A stretch of 64,000 nucleotides of DNA from an uncultured Planctomycetia bacterium. GTDB lineage: Bacteria > Omnitrophota > Gorgyraeia > Gorgyraeales > Gorgyraeaceae. A program made the translations under genes and the position numbers. Below, piece after piece: positions 1 through 9,516 of the stretch. Position 1 is the first letter of the stretch; every line of letters starts with the position of its first letter. The notes below the pieces were generated by a model. It searched no databases. It worked only from the letters and a program-made list of their open reading frames with translations, and was not told the origin of the DNA. The stretch is taken from NCBI GenBank assembly GCA_964652265.1, contig CAZZAL010000001.1, positions 37,783-101,782 on the forward strand. Reading direction: 5' to 3'.

Positions 1-440
1 GTGATAAAACTCCGACGAGGATTTTTTATCGAGAATCCGGGTCTTTTGACCACCACGAACCTGCAAAGCTCCAGGATCCCCTTGAGGTCTTTCCAGAAGT
101 CAACCTCTCTTAATGAATCAGAGCCGGTTATAAAAAATATTTCTGCTCGAGTGCCGTATAGTTTTCTCAATTGCCGCAATGTCTGGATCGAATACGACCG
201 TCCTTTTCTTTTTATCTCAACATCCGAAAGATAGAATCCATTTATTCCTTTAATAGCGAGCTTAACCATGCTGTATCTATGGCGAGCTGAAGTGACCTTG
301 ACACCTTTTTTGTGCGGAGGAAGGTGTGCGGGTATAAATATTACCTTTCCAAGACAAAGTCTCTTCTGTATCTTCTTCGCCAAATATAAATGGCCATTAT
401 GAATAGGATCGAATGTCCCACCCAACACGCCTATTCGCAC
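1..440 (-). CDS. nadD: Nicotinate-nucleotide adenylyltransferase (3' end runs off the window)
   Basis: Not in the ORF track. Manual translation from GTG at 440 (SD GGAG) gives MRIGVLGGTFDPIHNGHL...PAHLPPHK...SYSIQTL...FITGSDS; HxGH motif of NadD. Confidence 0.93.
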   Translation of the reverse strand, partial: MRIGVLGGTFDPIHNGHLYLAKKIQKRLCLGKVIFIPAHLPPHKKGVKVTSARHRYSMVKLAIKGINGFYLSDVEIKRKGRSYSIQTLRQLRKLYGTRAEIFFITGSDSLREVDFWKDLKGILELCRFVVVKRPGFSIKNPRRSFI

Positions 441-462
441 CTAATGCTCCTTGCATTTGCTT

Positions 463-1830
463 TTATAGAGAATGTATTGCCTTATTATGTACTGCCTCGG
501 ATGCTTCCTGGATTACTTCTGACAACGTAGGATGTGCGTGTATCACGCTTGCTAATTTCTCTGATGTTATTCCAAATTGCACACATTGAGATATCTCGGC
601 TATAAGTTCTGTTGCATGAGGGCCGATTATTTGTGCTCCTAAAATCTTATCTGAGGCTACATCAACGACTAATTTTACGAACCCTTCTGTCTGGCCTACT
701 ACATGCGCCTTTCCAATCGCTGAAAATAAAAACTTTCTAGGCCGAGCATTGATGCCCTTGTCTTTTGCCTGTCTCTCGCTCAATCCCACGCTGGCTATCT
801 CAGGATGAGTAAAGATACAACTGGGCACGACATTATAATCTATCTTGGGTTTTTTCCCTGCCATTGCCTCAATAGCACACATGCCTTCCCTTGAAGCCAG
901 ATGCGCTAGCAAGACCCCGCCCCTTACATCGCCTGCTGCGTAAACATTCTTTACGTTTGTCCTAAAGTCCTTGCTGACCTTTATCCACGCTTTTTCGCGC
1001 TCTATTCCTATACCCTCGATTCCCATGCCTTCAGAATTAGGTCTTCTGCCGACACATACTAGCGCTCGCTCTGCAGAAAGGGCTGCGCCACTAGAGAGCA
1101 TAACATTGATGCTGCCAGAGCGTTTCTCTATTTTTTCAACCTTTGTCTTTGTGAATATCTTGATGCCCCTTTTCTTAAAAATCTGCTCTATCTTCTTGGC
1201 AACTTCTACATCTTCGTTAGGTAAAAGTTGGTCCATCATCTCTACGATTGTGATATCTGAGCCGAATGTCTTAAAAATAGATGCAAATTCGCATCCTATG
1301 ACCCCGCCTCCGACAATAACAATGCTTTTAGGTATCTCCTTTAGCCCAAGCACATCAGAACTCGAAAGTATATGCGTAGCGTCAAACTCCATCCCTGGGA
1401 TTTCAAAAGGAAGCGAACCGCTTGCTATAAGTATATTTTTTGCCTCGATCTCTTTATCGCCGACACTAACTCGGCCTGCATCCTTTATCTCTGCAGCGCC
1501 TCTTATCAGGGATATCTTTCTTGCCTTCAAGAGCATCTCTATCCCGGAAGAAAGCTTCTTTACGATATTCTCTTTTCTTTCCTGCACCTTCTGAAAATCA
1601 ATACTGAAATCTTTTATATTTACGCCGAATTCTTGGGCACGGCCTGCATTGTAAAAAGCCATACTGGAAGCAGAAAGTGCCTTAGTAGGTATACACCCTT
1701 GATTCAGGCATACGCCGCCTATTTCCTCTTTCTCAATGACACAGACCTTCATGCCAAGCTGCGCAGCCCTTATACCAGCCACATAACCACATGGCCCAGA
1801 ACCGATTATAGCTACATCATATCTATCCAT
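463..1830 (-). CDS. lpdA: Dihydrolipoyl dehydrogenase
   Basis: GGVCLNQGCIPTK redox disulfide, GGGVIGCE NAD site, C-terminal HAHPTLSE. Confidence 0.95.
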   Translation of the reverse strand: MDRYDVAIIGSGPCGYVAGIRAAQLGMKVCVIEKEEIGGVCLNQGCIPTKALSASSMAFYNAGRAQEFGVNIKDFSIDFQKVQERKENIVKKLSSGIEMLLKARKISLIRGAAEIKDAGRVSVGDKEIEAKNILIASGSLPFEIPGMEFDATHILSSSDVLGLKEIPKSIVIVGGGVIGCEFASIFKTFGSDITIVEMMDQLLPNEDVEVAKKIEQIFKKRGIKIFTKTKVEKIEKRSGSINVMLSSGAALSAERALVCVGRRPNSEGMGIEGIGIEREKAWIKVSKDFRTNVKNVYAAGDVRGGVLLAHLASREGMCAIEAMAGKKPKIDYNVVPSCIFTHPEIASVGLSERQAKDKGINARPRKFLFSAIGKAHVVGQTEGFVKLVVDVASDKILGAQIIGPHATELIAEISQCVQFGITSEKLASVIHAHPTLSEVIQEASEAVHNKAIHSL

Positions 1831-1885
1831 AAACCAATCCCCTATTTTAATTACCCGTGACTTATTATCTAAACCTTGCGTAAAA

Positions 1886-2773
1886 TTAAGAGACTTTTTT
1901 TATAGATTCGCGGATTTTGCAGGCGGATTCTTTAAAAGATGCCTTTTCCTCGTCGGTAAGCTTTATTTCTACAATCTCTCTGACACCAGAAGCCCCCAGC
2001 ACTAACGGGACACCCATGTAAATATCTTTTTGGCCGTATTGCCCCTGGAGATAACCACTCGCGCAGACTGTCCTAGCTTCATCTTTTAAAATAGCCCTGA
2101 CCATGTAAAAAACAGCAGCAGATGGGGCAAAATATGCACTTCCTGTCTTCAGGTGTCCGACTATCTCTGCCCCGCGGTCTCGCGCACGAGCAGATGCCTC
2201 CTTAAAGATGTTTTCGGGTAACTCCTTACTTCTGTTGATGGCGACCATTGTATCGCCATGGCTCCCCATCATGAAGATCTTGTCTTCTGCTACACCTTTT
2301 ACTTTTTCAGAGGCAATATTCATAAACCTGGCTGAGTCCAGGACACCTGCCATGCCGATTACCCTGCTGGATTTGATCCCTGTAGTCTTCATGGTAAGAT
2401 AGGCCATCACGTCAAGCGGGTTAGTGACAATAATCACTATCGAAGTTGGACAATGTTTTTTTATGTGGCTGGCTATATCTTTTACGATCTGTGCATTTTT
2501 TTTCAAAAGATCGTCGCGAGACATACCTGGTTTACGCGCAAGCCCTGCTGTGACCACCACGATATCCGAGCGCCCCAGAGCATTAAAGTCCTCTGCTCCG
2601 GTTATGTTAGCGCTTGAGCCTGTTATAGGCCTTGCATCAGAGATATCAAGGGCCTTTCCTTTTGCCAGACCAGGCACTATATCTATTAAAACGACATCCG
2701 AAAGATCAGCATCAATGATCCTCGATGCCACCATTGCTCCGACATTGCCCGCGCCTACTACTGCTACCTTCAT
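1886..2773 (-). CDS. mdh: Malate dehydrogenase (LDH-like family)
   Basis: GAGNVG, TAGLARKPGMSRDDL (Arg specificity residue of MDH), VTNPLD, GSHGD. Confidence 0.9.
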   Translation of the reverse strand: MKVAVVGAGNVGAMVASRIIDADLSDVVLIDIVPGLAKGKALDISDARPITGSSANITGAEDFNALGRSDIVVVTAGLARKPGMSRDDLLKKNAQIVKDIASHIKKHCPTSIVIIVTNPLDVMAYLTMKTTGIKSSRVIGMAGVLDSARFMNIASEKVKGVAEDKIFMMGSHGDTMVAINRSKELPENIFKEASARARDRGAEIVGHLKTGSAYFAPSAAVFYMVRAILKDEARTVCASGYLQGQYGQKDIYMGVPLVLGASGVREIVEIKLTDEEKASFKESACKIRESIKKVS

Positions 2774-3858
2774 GATTTTTTAACCCTCTTTATGATCGCA
2801 TCTGCCATTTCTTTGGTACCTACGGCACTAGGGTCATTCCGGTCTGGTTTCAAATCATAGGTGACGTTTTTCCCTTCTGCAATAACGCCTGAAACTGCAT
2901 CTTCAAGCCTGTCTGCAGCCTTTTTTTCATTCAAATACCGCAACATCAATACACCTGACAAAATTACTGCTGCAGGATTTACCTTGTTTAATCCTGTATA
3001 CTTTGGGGCACTACCATGAATAGGTTCAAAAAGCGCCATGCCTTCGCCTATATTAGCACCAGGGGCTATACCTAATCCTCCGACAAGCCCTGAACACAGA
3101 TCAGAAACTATATCGCCGTAAAGGTTAGGCAAAACCAAGACATCGTAGAGTTCGGGTTTTTGGACCAACTGCATGCACATATTGTCGACTATCCTGTCTT
3201 CAAAGTCTATCTTACCTTTATATTCTTCTGCCACTTCCTGAGCACACCTCAAAAATAATCCGTCTGTCTCTTTCATGATATTGGCCTTATGGACAGCTGT
3301 CACCTTGCGCCTCTTGTTCTTGATGGCATAATCAAAAGCAAACTTGACTATTCTCTTGGAGGCAATCTTAGATATAGGCTTTATGCCGATGGAAGAATCT
3401 TTTTTAATAGAGGCCTTGCTCAATTTCTCTATGTATTTTATCGCGTCTCCTGCCTCCTCAGAGCCTTCTGAAAACTCTATGCCGGCATACAGATCTTCTG
3501 TATTCTCCCTGACAACAACAAGATCTATGTCCTGATACCTGCTTTTAACCCCTTTGTAACTCTTGCAGGGCCTTAGACATGCATATAGATCCAATGCTAT
3601 CCTCATCTGTACATTGACGGACCTGAACCCCTTACCCACAGGTGTTGTTATAGGCCCCTTGATCGCAACCTTATTTTTTCTTATTGAATCCAGGACCTGC
3701 TGCGGCAGGACAGTACCGAACTTCTCCATGGCCTCTGCGCCTGCGATCTGTTCTTCCCACTCAATCTTAACACCTGTTGAGTCTATGCAGCGCCTTGCAG
3801 CAAGGCTTACCTCTCTTCCGATCCCGTCACCTGGTATCAGCGTCACTCTATGCGACAA
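2770..3858 (-). CDS. icd: Isocitrate dehydrogenase (isocitrate/isopropylmalate dehydrogenase family, probably NAD-dependent)
   Basis: KGPITTPVGKGFRSVNV isocitrate-type loop, RENTEDLY, HKANIMK, NLYGDIVSD, EPIHGSAP. Confidence 0.8.
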   Translation of the reverse strand: MSHRVTLIPGDGIGREVSLAARRCIDSTGVKIEWEEQIAGAEAMEKFGTVLPQQVLDSIRKNKVAIKGPITTPVGKGFRSVNVQMRIALDLYACLRPCKSYKGVKSRYQDIDLVVVRENTEDLYAGIEFSEGSEEAGDAIKYIEKLSKASIKKDSSIGIKPISKIASKRIVKFAFDYAIKNKRRKVTAVHKANIMKETDGLFLRCAQEVAEEYKGKIDFEDRIVDNMCMQLVQKPELYDVLVLPNLYGDIVSDLCSGLVGGLGIAPGANIGEGMALFEPIHGSAPKYTGLNKVNPAAVILSGVLMLRYLNEKKAADRLEDAVSGVIAEGKNVTYDLKPDRNDPSAVGTKEMADAIIKRVKKS

Positions 3859-4348
3859 TGTTAAGCCCTCCGTGTTTTTTATAGAGATTGATTATCCCAC
3901 CTGCATCGATCAATGCCCTTTGAAATTTATTAAAGGGTTTCATTTCTAATGAGCTACCTCTTGTCGTGTTCAAGACTATGCCGTTTTTAAGATCTACATC
4001 AAGGATGTCCCTGTTTTTTATCTTTTCAGTACGACATTCTATAAGCGGGAGTCCAAGATTAAATGCATTCCTATAAAATATCCTTGCGAAGCTCCTGGCC
4101 AGTACTGCCTGGCATCCTGCATGCTTAATGGCGAGCGGAGCCTGTTCACGAGATGACCCGCACCCGAAGTTCTCTCCTGCAACAACAAAAAACTGTTTCC
4201 CGTGCAAATTCTTATAAAAATCCGGGTCAGCATCTTCAAACACATGCCTCGCGAGTTCATTGGGATCAGTGATTGAAAACTTATACCTTCCGGAAATAAT
4301 AAGGTCTGTATTTATATCATTTCCAAATTTGTACGCTACTCCATTCAT
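3848..4348 (-). CDS. 3-isopropylmalate dehydratase/homoaconitase small subunit (LeuD/HacB type)
   Basis: [31 protein letters not shown]. Start reassigned to ATG 4348 (SD AAGGAAG); the track start at 4384 overlaps pilT. Confidence 0.88.
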   Translation of the reverse strand: MNGVAYKFGNDINTDLIISGRYKFSITDPNELARHVFEDADPDFYKNLHGKQFFVVAGENFGCGSSREQAPLAIKHAGCQAVLARSFARIFYRNAFNLGLPLIECRTEKIKNRDILDVDLKNGIVLNTTRGSSLEMKPFNKFQRALIDAGGIINLYKKHGGLNIVA

Positions 4349-4364
4349 CTGCTTCCTTTTTAGC

Positions 4365-5414
4365 TCAAAGGTTACGGGCCTCATCAGGATTACGGATGTA
4401 TGTCCTGAATATTTCCTCGTCTATGATGCCTTTTTGAAACAAGCTCTTGAGCGACTTGTCCATTGTGTGCATGCCATATTGAAAACCTGTCTGGATGTGT
4501 GTCAAAAGCTGCTCTGTCTCGTGCTCCCTGACCAGATTTCTGATCGCCGGCGTCGCTATCATTATCTCTGTCGCAAGGACCCTGCCACCTGAGTCTTTCC
4601 TAGGCAGGAGCTGCTGCGATACAACTGCCTGCAGCGTACCTGCCAGCTGGATCTTGACCTGTTGCTGCTGGTAAGGAGGAAATACGTCTATAATCCTGTC
4701 TATTGTCTGTGAGGCATTGGGTGTATGCAAGGTCGCCAGCACAAGATGACCTGTTTCAGCTGCAGTCAATGCAGTAGAAATGGTCTCCAGGTTCCTCATC
4801 TCTCCGACCACTATTACATTAGGATCCTGCCTCAACGCGTGAGTCAAAGACGCAGTAAACGATCTTGTGTCTGAATAGACTTCCCTCTGCTTCACTACAC
4901 TGCGTTTATTAAAATGCACATATTCTATAGGGTCTTCTATGACAATAATTATAGACTGGCGCTTACTGTTTATAAGATCTACCATGGCTGCCAGCGTCGT
5001 GGTCTTGCCGACTCCCGTAGGCCCTGTAACCAGGATCAGCCCCTGTGTCTTATTGCAAAGCTCTGTTACTATGTCCGGTAAACCCAGTTCTTCTATGGTC
5101 TTTATATTAAGGGATACGAGCCTGAACGCAGCTTCAACACTCCCCCTCTGCATGTGCACATTTACCCTGAATCTGTTAAGACCGGGTATCTCAAGAGAAA
5201 AATCCAGTTCCAGCTCCTTCTCAAATGTAGCCTTTTGCCTGTCATTTAACACGCTGTATATCAAGCGTTTGCAATCCTCTTTACTTAACTTAGGAAAATC
5301 CGAAAGAGGCATTAACCGTCCGTCTATCCTGACAATAGGGACCGACCCAGCAGTAATGTGTAAATCTGAAGCCTTTTTTTCAACAGCCCTCTTTAAAAAA
5401 GTCTTAAGATCCAT
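4365..5414 (-). CDS. pilT: Type IV pilus retraction ATPase PilT
   Basis: ASDLHI, Walker A GPTGVGKTT, EDPIE, LRQDP..VGEMR, TGHLVLATLHT, AIRNLVRE motif. Confidence 0.93.
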   Translation of the reverse strand: MDLKTFLKRAVEKKASDLHITAGSVPIVRIDGRLMPLSDFPKLSKEDCKRLIYSVLNDRQKATFEKELELDFSLEIPGLNRFRVNVHMQRGSVEAAFRLVSLNIKTIEELGLPDIVTELCNKTQGLILVTGPTGVGKTTTLAAMVDLINSKRQSIIIVIEDPIEYVHFNKRSVVKQREVYSDTRSFTASLTHALRQDPNVIVVGEMRNLETISTALTAAETGHLVLATLHTPNASQTIDRIIDVFPPYQQQQVKIQLAGTLQAVVSQQLLPRKDSGGRVLATEIMIATPAIRNLVREHETEQLLTHIQTGFQYGMHTMDKSLKSLFQKGIIDEEIFRTYIRNPDEARNL

Positions 5415-5428
5415 AAGGTTCTCCTTGG

Positions 5429-6688
5429 TTAGAGGTATTTTTTAGGATCAGTTATCCTGCCCTCTATGGCAGAAGCCGCAACCGTAGCAGGAGATGCTAG
5501 ATATATAAATGCATCCGGATTGCCCATGCGACCTTTAAAATTCCTATTTGCTGTTGATATCACGTTCTCGCCCTTGGACGGCACACCATTATGCGTCCCT
5601 ACGCACGGGCCACAGCCTGGCGCAACAACGCATGCCCCTTTCTTGATAAAATCTGCTATGATCCCTTTCTCTATAGCTTCCTGAAATATTGTCCTGGAAG
5701 CTGGCGCGACTATCATCTTGACATCCTTATGTACGGTGTGCTTCCTCAGGATAGAGACCGCTATCTTCAAATCCTCCATCCTGCCATTTGTGCATGTACC
5801 TAAAAATGCCTCGTCTATCTTTTTGTTTTTTAATTTACTCACAGATGTTACATTATCTACTGTATGAGGCTTTGCGACTTGTGGAGGGATCTTACTGACA
5901 TCGTATTCTATCACTTCTGAATATTCAGCATCCTTGTCGCTTTTTATCTTTTCCATTCTTGCTTTAGGTTTTATACCGGCAAGATACCTATATGTCACCT
6001 CATCAGGCTCCATGATCCCTGCCTTTGCGCCCATCTCAATAGCCATGTTCGAGATAGTGAATCTCGCATCCATGCTGAGTTTCTTTATATAGTCTCCTAG
6101 GAACTCAACTGCCTTGTAGGTGCAATAGCCAGCGCCAAGGTCCCCTATTATATGCAAGATCACGTCTTTTGAATAGACGCCTTTTCCTGGTTTTCCGTTT
6201 AAGACTATCTTTATTGTCTCTGGGATCTTAAACCAGTTTTTTCCAGAAGCCAATGCCACTGCCAGATCAGTCGAACCCATCCCTGTTGAGAAGGCTCCCA
6301 GCGCCCCGTATGTGCACGTATGCGAATCAGCGCCTATGACCAATGCCCCTGGTTTTACGAGTCCGGCCTCTGGTATGACCTGGTGACACACGCCGCATCC
6401 TACATCAAAAAGCCTTACCCTGTTCTCTTTTGAAAACATGCGCATCTTCCTGTGTATCTCTGAGACTCCTATGTTCGGACTTGGCGCGCTATGATCAATC
6501 ACCATGCAAAATCTATCTTTATTAAAAGGCCTTTTTGCCCCTAGTTTTTTAAACGAGTCGATTATTAGACTTGTTGTCCCGTCCTGGCCAAAACAGAAAT
6601 CAATATCACAGACAGCCACATCTCCAGCCCTAAGGTCGCGATTACAATGCGCGCTAAAAATCTTCTCCGCGATCGTCTTACCTGGCAT
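5429..6688 (-). CDS. 3-isopropylmalate dehydratase/homoaconitase large subunit (LeuC/HacA type, ~420 aa)
   Basis: GADSHTCTYG, GTCTNGR, PGCGPCVG ([4Fe-4S] Cys ligands), NRNFKGRMG. ATG 6688 preferred over TTG 6697. Confidence 0.88.
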   Translation of the reverse strand: MPGKTIAEKIFSAHCNRDLRAGDVAVCDIDFCFGQDGTTSLIIDSFKKLGAKRPFNKDRFCMVIDHSAPSPNIGVSEIHRKMRMFSKENRVRLFDVGCGVCHQVIPEAGLVKPGALVIGADSHTCTYGALGAFSTGMGSTDLAVALASGKNWFKIPETIKIVLNGKPGKGVYSKDVILHIIGDLGAGYCTYKAVEFLGDYIKKLSMDARFTISNMAIEMGAKAGIMEPDEVTYRYLAGIKPKARMEKIKSDKDAEYSEVIEYDVSKIPPQVAKPHTVDNVTSVSKLKNKKIDEAFLGTCTNGRMEDLKIAVSILRKHTVHKDVKMIVAPASRTIFQEAIEKGIIADFIKKGACVVAPGCGPCVGTHNGVPSKGENVISTANRNFKGRMGNPDAFIYLASPATVAASAIEGRITDPKKYL

Positions 6689-7850
6689 TCTTTTCAAACC
6701 ACCCCTCTATCCTGTCCATGCCCTTTTCAATGTTTTTCATGCTGGTGGCAAAACTAAGCCGGATATGCCTATCCGAACCAAATGCCTTACCAGGTACAGC
6801 TGCGACCTTTACCTCATTCAAAAGCCTCTCGCAGACATCCATGCTGGATAGACCCAAGTTATCGATCCTGCAAAATGCGTAAAAAGCACCCTCTGGCTTC
6901 ATACACGTAAGTCCTTTTACCTTATTCGCACGTTTATATATATAGTCTCTGCGTTTCTCGAATTCAGCCACCATCTTCTTTACACTCGCATCCCCACCCT
7001 TTATAGCCTCTAGCGCAGCGGCTTGACTTATAGAAGTCGGATTAGAGCTGGAATGGCTCTGCAGGTTCTTTATGGCCTCTACCACCATTTTATTAACCGA
7101 CGCTAGATACCCTATCCTCCACCCTGTCATAGCAAAACTCTTTGAGACACCATTCACGACTATTGTGTTCTCGAAGATATCCTTATTAAGAGACGCTATC
7201 GAGGTATGGACCTTGCCGTCAAAGGTGATCTTTTCATAGATCTCGTCGCTGATTACAAGGATATTATTTTTTACCGCTACGCCCGCTATCTCCTGTAGCT
7301 CCTTTTTATCATAGACACACCCTGTCGGGTTTGACGGACTGTTTATTATCAGCGCCTTTGTTTTCTTGGAAATGACTTTGCTGAGCATTGCGCCTGTTAT
7401 CTTAAAATTTTCCTTTTCACTTGTCTCTATAAAAACAGGCTTAGCACCAGACAATTTTACCATCTCAGGATAACTCAGCCAATAAGGCTCTGGTATAATA
7501 ACCTCATCACCTTCCTCGCATATGACCTGTATGATATTATAGAGAGAATGCTTTGCGCCGCAGGATATTACTATCTGGGAAGGATCATAGGTAAGTGAAT
7601 TGTCTTTGGAAAATTTCTCGCAGACGACTTTCTTTAGTTCGTCAGTACCTGAAGCAGGTGTATATTTTGTAAAACCCTTCTGGATGGAATCTATAGCGGA
7701 TTTTTTTATATTCTCAGGTGTGTCAAAATCAGGCTCGCCAGATCCAAAACCTATCACGTCCACGCCCTGAAGTTTCATCTTCTTGGCCTTGGCCGTGATG
7801 GCGAGCGTCAATGAAGCACTTACGTTTTCTACACGAGAGGAAAGCCTCAT
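6678..7850 (-). CDS. aspC: PLP-dependent class I/II (aspartate) aminotransferase
   Basis: GEPDF, NSPSNPTG, SDEIY, SKSFAMTGWRIG PLP-lysine motif. Confidence 0.85.
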   Translation of the reverse strand: MRLSSRVENVSASLTLAITAKAKKMKLQGVDVIGFGSGEPDFDTPENIKKSAIDSIQKGFTKYTPASGTDELKKVVCEKFSKDNSLTYDPSQIVISCGAKHSLYNIIQVICEEGDEVIIPEPYWLSYPEMVKLSGAKPVFIETSEKENFKITGAMLSKVISKKTKALIINSPSNPTGCVYDKKELQEIAGVAVKNNILVISDEIYEKITFDGKVHTSIASLNKDIFENTIVVNGVSKSFAMTGWRIGYLASVNKMVVEAIKNLQSHSSSNPTSISQAAALEAIKGGDASVKKMVAEFEKRRDYIYKRANKVKGLTCMKPEGAFYAFCRIDNLGLSSMDVCERLLNEVKVAAVPGKAFGSDRHIRLSFATSMKNIEKGMDRIEGWFEKNAR

Positions 7851-7886
7851 AACTTTTGCCCCTTAATAAACTAACGCTTTATGAGG

Positions 7887-8501
7887 TTAAGCTTCTTTCT
7901 TGCGTCCAAATAATCTCTTAAAAAATCCTGGCTTTGGCTTGGCTTTCTTGGGTTTTTCCGGCTCTTTTGGAGCTGGAGGCAGAACTACCTTTTTCGGTTC
8001 CGGCTGTTTCTTGACAGCTTCTTTCTTTTTCTGCGACATGGCCTTCTTCGGCTCTTCTATTTTCTCGGCTACTGGTTTAGCTTCAGGCTGGAGAGAAACT
8101 TTTCCCTTCTTTTCCTTTTTCTTTGTCGTGTCTACCTTTGGTTTTGGTTTTTCAACGAATTCCAATATAGCCATCTGTGCATTGTCCCCGCGCCTTTTGC
8201 TCGTCAGCATAACTCTGGTGTAGCCGCCGTTTCGCTCTTTAAAAAGAGGCGCTATATCTTTGAAAAGGATAGAGACCAGGTCTCTATCCTGGAGAATCTG
8301 ATACGCCCTCCTCTGACTGGCAACACTATCGGCCTTACTGATCGTAACTAACTTATCAGCGAGCCTGGAAGTCTCTCTTGCCTTTACCTTTGTCGTTTGT
8401 ATGCTTTTATTGATAATAAGGCCGGATACCAAATGGCGCATTGTCGCCTTATAATGAGCGCCTTGCCTTCCAAACCTTACATTGTGCTTGCGATGTCTCA
8501 T
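7887..8501 (-). CDS. rplQ: 50S ribosomal protein bL17 with long C-terminal extension
   Basis: MRHRK, ERNGGYTR, RRGDNAQMA; directly follows rpoA. Confidence 0.96.
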   Translation of the reverse strand: MRHRKHNVRFGRQGAHYKATMRHLVSGLIINKSIQTTKVKARETSRLADKLVTISKADSVASQRRAYQILQDRDLVSILFKDIAPLFKERNGGYTRVMLTSKRRGDNAQMAILEFVEKPKPKVDTTKKKEKKGKVSLQPEAKPVAEKIEEPKKAMSQKKKEAVKKQPEPKKVVLPPAPKEPEKPKKAKPKPGFFKRLFGRKKEA

Positions 8502-8515
8502 CCCTAGCCCCTAAC

Positions 8516-9505
8516 TTATTTTTTCTTCTTTTTCTTCTCCTTTGGAATATCCATGCCAAAAGAAAGCCCCATGCCTTTTAATATTTCCTTTATCTCTGTA
8601 AGGGACTTTTTTCCGAAATTTCTATACTGCAGCATCTCCTGCTCTGTCCTCTTAACCATGTCTCCGATGACCTTTATGCGGGCATCCCTTAAACAATTGC
8701 TGCTCCTTACAGAAAGCTCTAATTCTGAAACAGGAAGCTTTAGTTTTTCTAATAGTTCCTTGTTTTCCACGTTCTCTTCTTTCTCGTCCTCTTCTATCTC
8801 CACCTGGCCGAGTTTTCCAAATACATCAAGATGTCTCTGTAATATATGCGAGGCATACAAAAGCGCTTCCTTTGGGTCCACGCTTCCGTTGGTCCATACC
8901 TCGAGTATCAACTTGTCGTAATCTGTCATCTGGCCGACCCTTGTGTCTTCCACGTGAAAATTTACGCGTCGCACAGGCGCAAACGCAGAATCCACCGGTA
9001 TCACACCTATAGACTGGCCTTCTTTTTTGTTTCTTTCTGCAGGGACATATCCCCGACCCTTGCCTATTTCAAGCTCCATGCTAAAATTCGCATTCTTGGT
9101 AAGCGTGGCTATGTGAAGATCTGGGTTCATTACCTCGACTGTGTCATCAGTCGCGATATTTTCAGCCGTCACCTCACCCTTTTTGGAGGCCTTCAGCCGC
9201 AATATCTTTGGAGTCCTGGAATGAGACTTTAAGACCAGCTGTTTTATATTCAATATGATCTGAGGCACATCCTCCAGGACCCCTGGTATAGTAGAAAATT
9301 CGTGCAACACGCTGTCTATCTTTACCGAAGTAACAGCTGCGCCTTCGATAGATGATATGAGAATGCGTCGCAAAGAACTTCCTATAGTATTGCCAAATCC
9401 ACGTTCGAACGGTTCTGCCGTAAACCTACCATATTGCGGCGAATAAGTTTTATCATCGCATGCCAATTTCTTTGGCATCTCAAATGTCTTCCAACTAATA
9501 CCCAT
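8516..9505 (-). CDS. rpoA: RNA polymerase alpha subunit
   Basis: EPFERGFG, SLRRILISS, ELELSVRSSNCL, NFGKKS. Confidence 0.98.
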   Translation of the reverse strand: MGISWKTFEMPKKLACDDKTYSPQYGRFTAEPFERGFGNTIGSSLRRILISSIEGAAVTSVKIDSVLHEFSTIPGVLEDVPQIILNIKQLVLKSHSRTPKILRLKASKKGEVTAENIATDDTVEVMNPDLHIATLTKNANFSMELEIGKGRGYVPAERNKKEGQSIGVIPVDSAFAPVRRVNFHVEDTRVGQMTDYDKLILEVWTNGSVDPKEALLYASHILQRHLDVFGKLGQVEIEEDEKEENVENKELLEKLKLPVSELELSVRSSNCLRDARIKVIGDMVKRTEQEMLQYRNFGKKSLTEIKEILKGMGLSFGMDIPKEKKKKKK

Positions 9506-9516
9506 TTTGCCCCCTT

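Noticed and set aside
1886-2773. Short MDH (295 aa) with an apparent ~12-aa deletion after GSHGD as a pseudogene
   Set aside because: The frame is intact, catalytic and substrate-binding motifs are retained, and the gene is coupled to icd.
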